Shown here: positions 62,501 to 64,000 of the stretch, piece after piece
Layout of the letters: every line of letters starts with the position of its first letter
Position numbering within the stretch: the first letter of the stretch is position 1
Assembly: GCA_002633005.1 (NCBI GenBank)
Contig: NMRA01000036.1
Location: forward strand, 919,656-983,655
Length of the DNA: 64,000 bases
DNA from: Phoronis australis
Taxonomy: Eukaryota; Animalia; Phoronida
Direction of reading: 5' to 3'
The notes under the pieces: generated by a model
Told to the model about the DNA's origin: nothing
Database searches by the model: none
The model's input: the letters and a program-made list of their open reading frames with translations, nothing else
Translations under genes and position numbers: made by a program

Positions 62501-63515
62501 TTAGTTTTTTTGAGCCCAAAACGTCAAAATGATGTCACACTAAGAAAGCCCAAAAGGTGTCCTCACACTTTACTTCCCAATCAGATACGCCCTCATATGA
62601 AGGGTAGGCTAAATATTAGCTCAGTTAACACTATTGGCTCTCTGAGAGGACTGATTGATATAATAGTTATAGACATCAGTTACCCTGCATGACATCATCC
62701 TGCCAGCTATGAGCTAAGTCGCCGTCTTCACCATGCAGATCCAGACCCCCAACGTAAATATTCTCGAGGTTGCAGTCCTGTAGTCGTATCAAGTTGCCTA
62801 GACCATGCAAAAATGCTGCGTATCTTGTGGAGCCATAGATGTTAGACAGAATGGCAGCTTCATTACCAGCCTGCAAACAATATTTGAAATAAACTGAGTG
62901 ATGTAGAAAGATAATACATATTGAGCACATTCCATTTAATATTACACTCAAGATGGAAAACAATACTAACCTATCTTAAAAAGAAAGATTTTCGAGTCCA
63001 TAATTACACAAAACTTTTTTCTGAAGTCTCAAGTTCTTGAAACTTTTAATTTTGCATTTTGACATGGCATTCTTTGGAGGCCAGAACTGTCGACCAGGCA
63101 ACTTTCCTTGTGCCGAACATAACGTTAAATCCTCGTGAGAGACTGTCTGGAGTTGTCAGTGGGTCATTTCCGAATGGTCTGGGATCACAGATGTATTCGG
63201 TCGATTACATTTTATTGCCTATGAAGCCGATGATTTGGTGATATGAGCTGCCTGAAGAAACATGACTTGCATTATGTCGATTTATGACCCACAATATGTG
63301 ACTGGACAAAGCCTTTTCAAAATATTGTAGATAAGCCGGTGGAGCGTGAGACCCCTGAGGGCCCAGTCAAGTGCACACGACAATTCCACGTTATGGGAAA
63401 GTGAGGTGATATAAACCATTTAACTGACCTGTCCCTTTCCAACATAAAGAACGCCTATCTTGCTTGTCTGGTAAGGAGGAATTCTATCGAAATTCTTCAA
63501 AGCCCGGTTCACAAC
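56339..63515 (-). CDS. TSC2: Tuberin (TSC2), last six coding exons: Rap/Ran-GAP domain and C-terminus; gene continues beyond the right edge of the window
   Basis: Spliced translation contains [83 protein letters not shown] and ends DFTEFV*, the known tuberin terminus. Confidence 0.96.
57559..57650 (-). CDS. TSC2: TSC2 exon n-1
   Basis: ttacag|; [30 protein letters not shown]|gtaagt. Confidence 0.93.
58896..58974 (-). CDS. TSC2: TSC2 exon n-2
   Basis: ttttgtgtag|[26 protein letters not shown]; G|gtaggt. Confidence 0.93.
60560..61774 (-). mobile_element. Full-length HINE/DINE-1-like element in a TSC2 intron
   Basis: Perfect palindrome at 61740-61769, GACG/GACA microsatellite, GCCACTAG subunits, 3' stem-loop at about 60560-60592. 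Confidence 0.82.
61830..61969 (-). CDS. TSC2: TSC2 exon n-3 (contains the catalytic KKLHIGND motif; GC donor)
   Basis: cttcag|; [11 protein letters not shown]...[27 protein letters not shown]|gcaagt. Confidence 0.93.
62684..62870 (-). CDS. TSC2: TSC2 exon n-4
   Basis: tttgcag|[17 protein letters not shown]...SWQDDVMQ; G|gtaac. Confidence 0.94.
63429..63515 (-). CDS. TSC2: TSC2 exon n-5
   Basis: tgacag|[29 protein letters not shown]|gtcagt. Confidence 0.92.
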
Positions 63516-63765
63516 CTGTCAGTTATAAAAGAAAGTCAGACTAAAAATAATAATTGATAATTAATAAGTTATTGCAAAAGGATGATTAATATAACTATAG
63601 ACAACCTAAATACAACTGGCTCTGTGAAAATTTTGGCTCATCAAAGGAGCCATCTTCAGAATCTAATGCTCACCGTAGTTGGAACAGCAGATGTATGCTT
63701 AAAGAGCATTCAAACATTTTTTTGAGGACACCAACATAGTGGTCTCCACGGGACCAACATATAAT

Positions 63766-64000
63766 ACAAGAGCAACGCAGAGCGTTGAAATGCGCCCACA
63801 ATTGCACCGCATACGGTATCCTTCTAGGGTTGTTTATTGGTACCATAAAGTGGCCAGTAGAGGGCATATATGTAGTATGTTGTACTTTGCAAAATGGAAA
63901 GGCATGGTCATTGTCTCCTCAATAGGCTAGGGGCAAAATGTGAGTAATCTTCATAATACAAGCACATCCTATACACCAGTTGCTTAAAGCACCACAGAAA
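63766..64000 (-). mobile_element. 3' end of a young HINE copy, continuing beyond the window
   Basis: Reverse complement is near-identical to 23802-24036 and 42331-42552. Confidence 0.85.

Noticed and set aside
63040-63251. Extra TSC2 exon within the intron (acceptor tttcttcag at about 63252)
   Set aside because: The flanking exons already join in frame with conserved sequence, and all three frames stop soon after this acceptor.

Overview
Eukaryotic, AT-rich, intron-rich genomic DNA, most likely from an invertebrate animal. Nearly all ORFs in the six-frame track are spurious. I built two convergent spliced genes by hand. (1) CCDC57 (+): 19 phase-consistent coding exons from 15772 to 48884, 2953 nt, at least 984 codons. 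Its last exon is unresolved, it probably has a non-coding first exon ending at 6254, and an in-frame uORF sits just before the start codon. (2) The last six coding exons of TSC2/tuberin (-), 63515 to 56339, covering the Rap-GAP domain through the terminal DFTEFV*, with one GC-AG intron. The rest is mostly transposon-derived: a Kolobok derivative with a THAP remnant, a pogo-like derivative with a PHD remnant, a decayed intronless RecQ-like helicase (probably transposon cargo), GC-rich MITEs with 5-bp TSDs, Penelope-like and LINE fragments, tRNA-derived SINEs and foldback elements. The dominant repeat is a Helentron-associated (HINE/DINE-1-like) family with a 450-bp trimeric higher-order repeat; every copy I could orient lies in its host gene's sense direction. 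I see no convincing new protein-coding system. The notable observations concern element architecture and gene regulation. All homology calls come from recalled motifs, not database searches.
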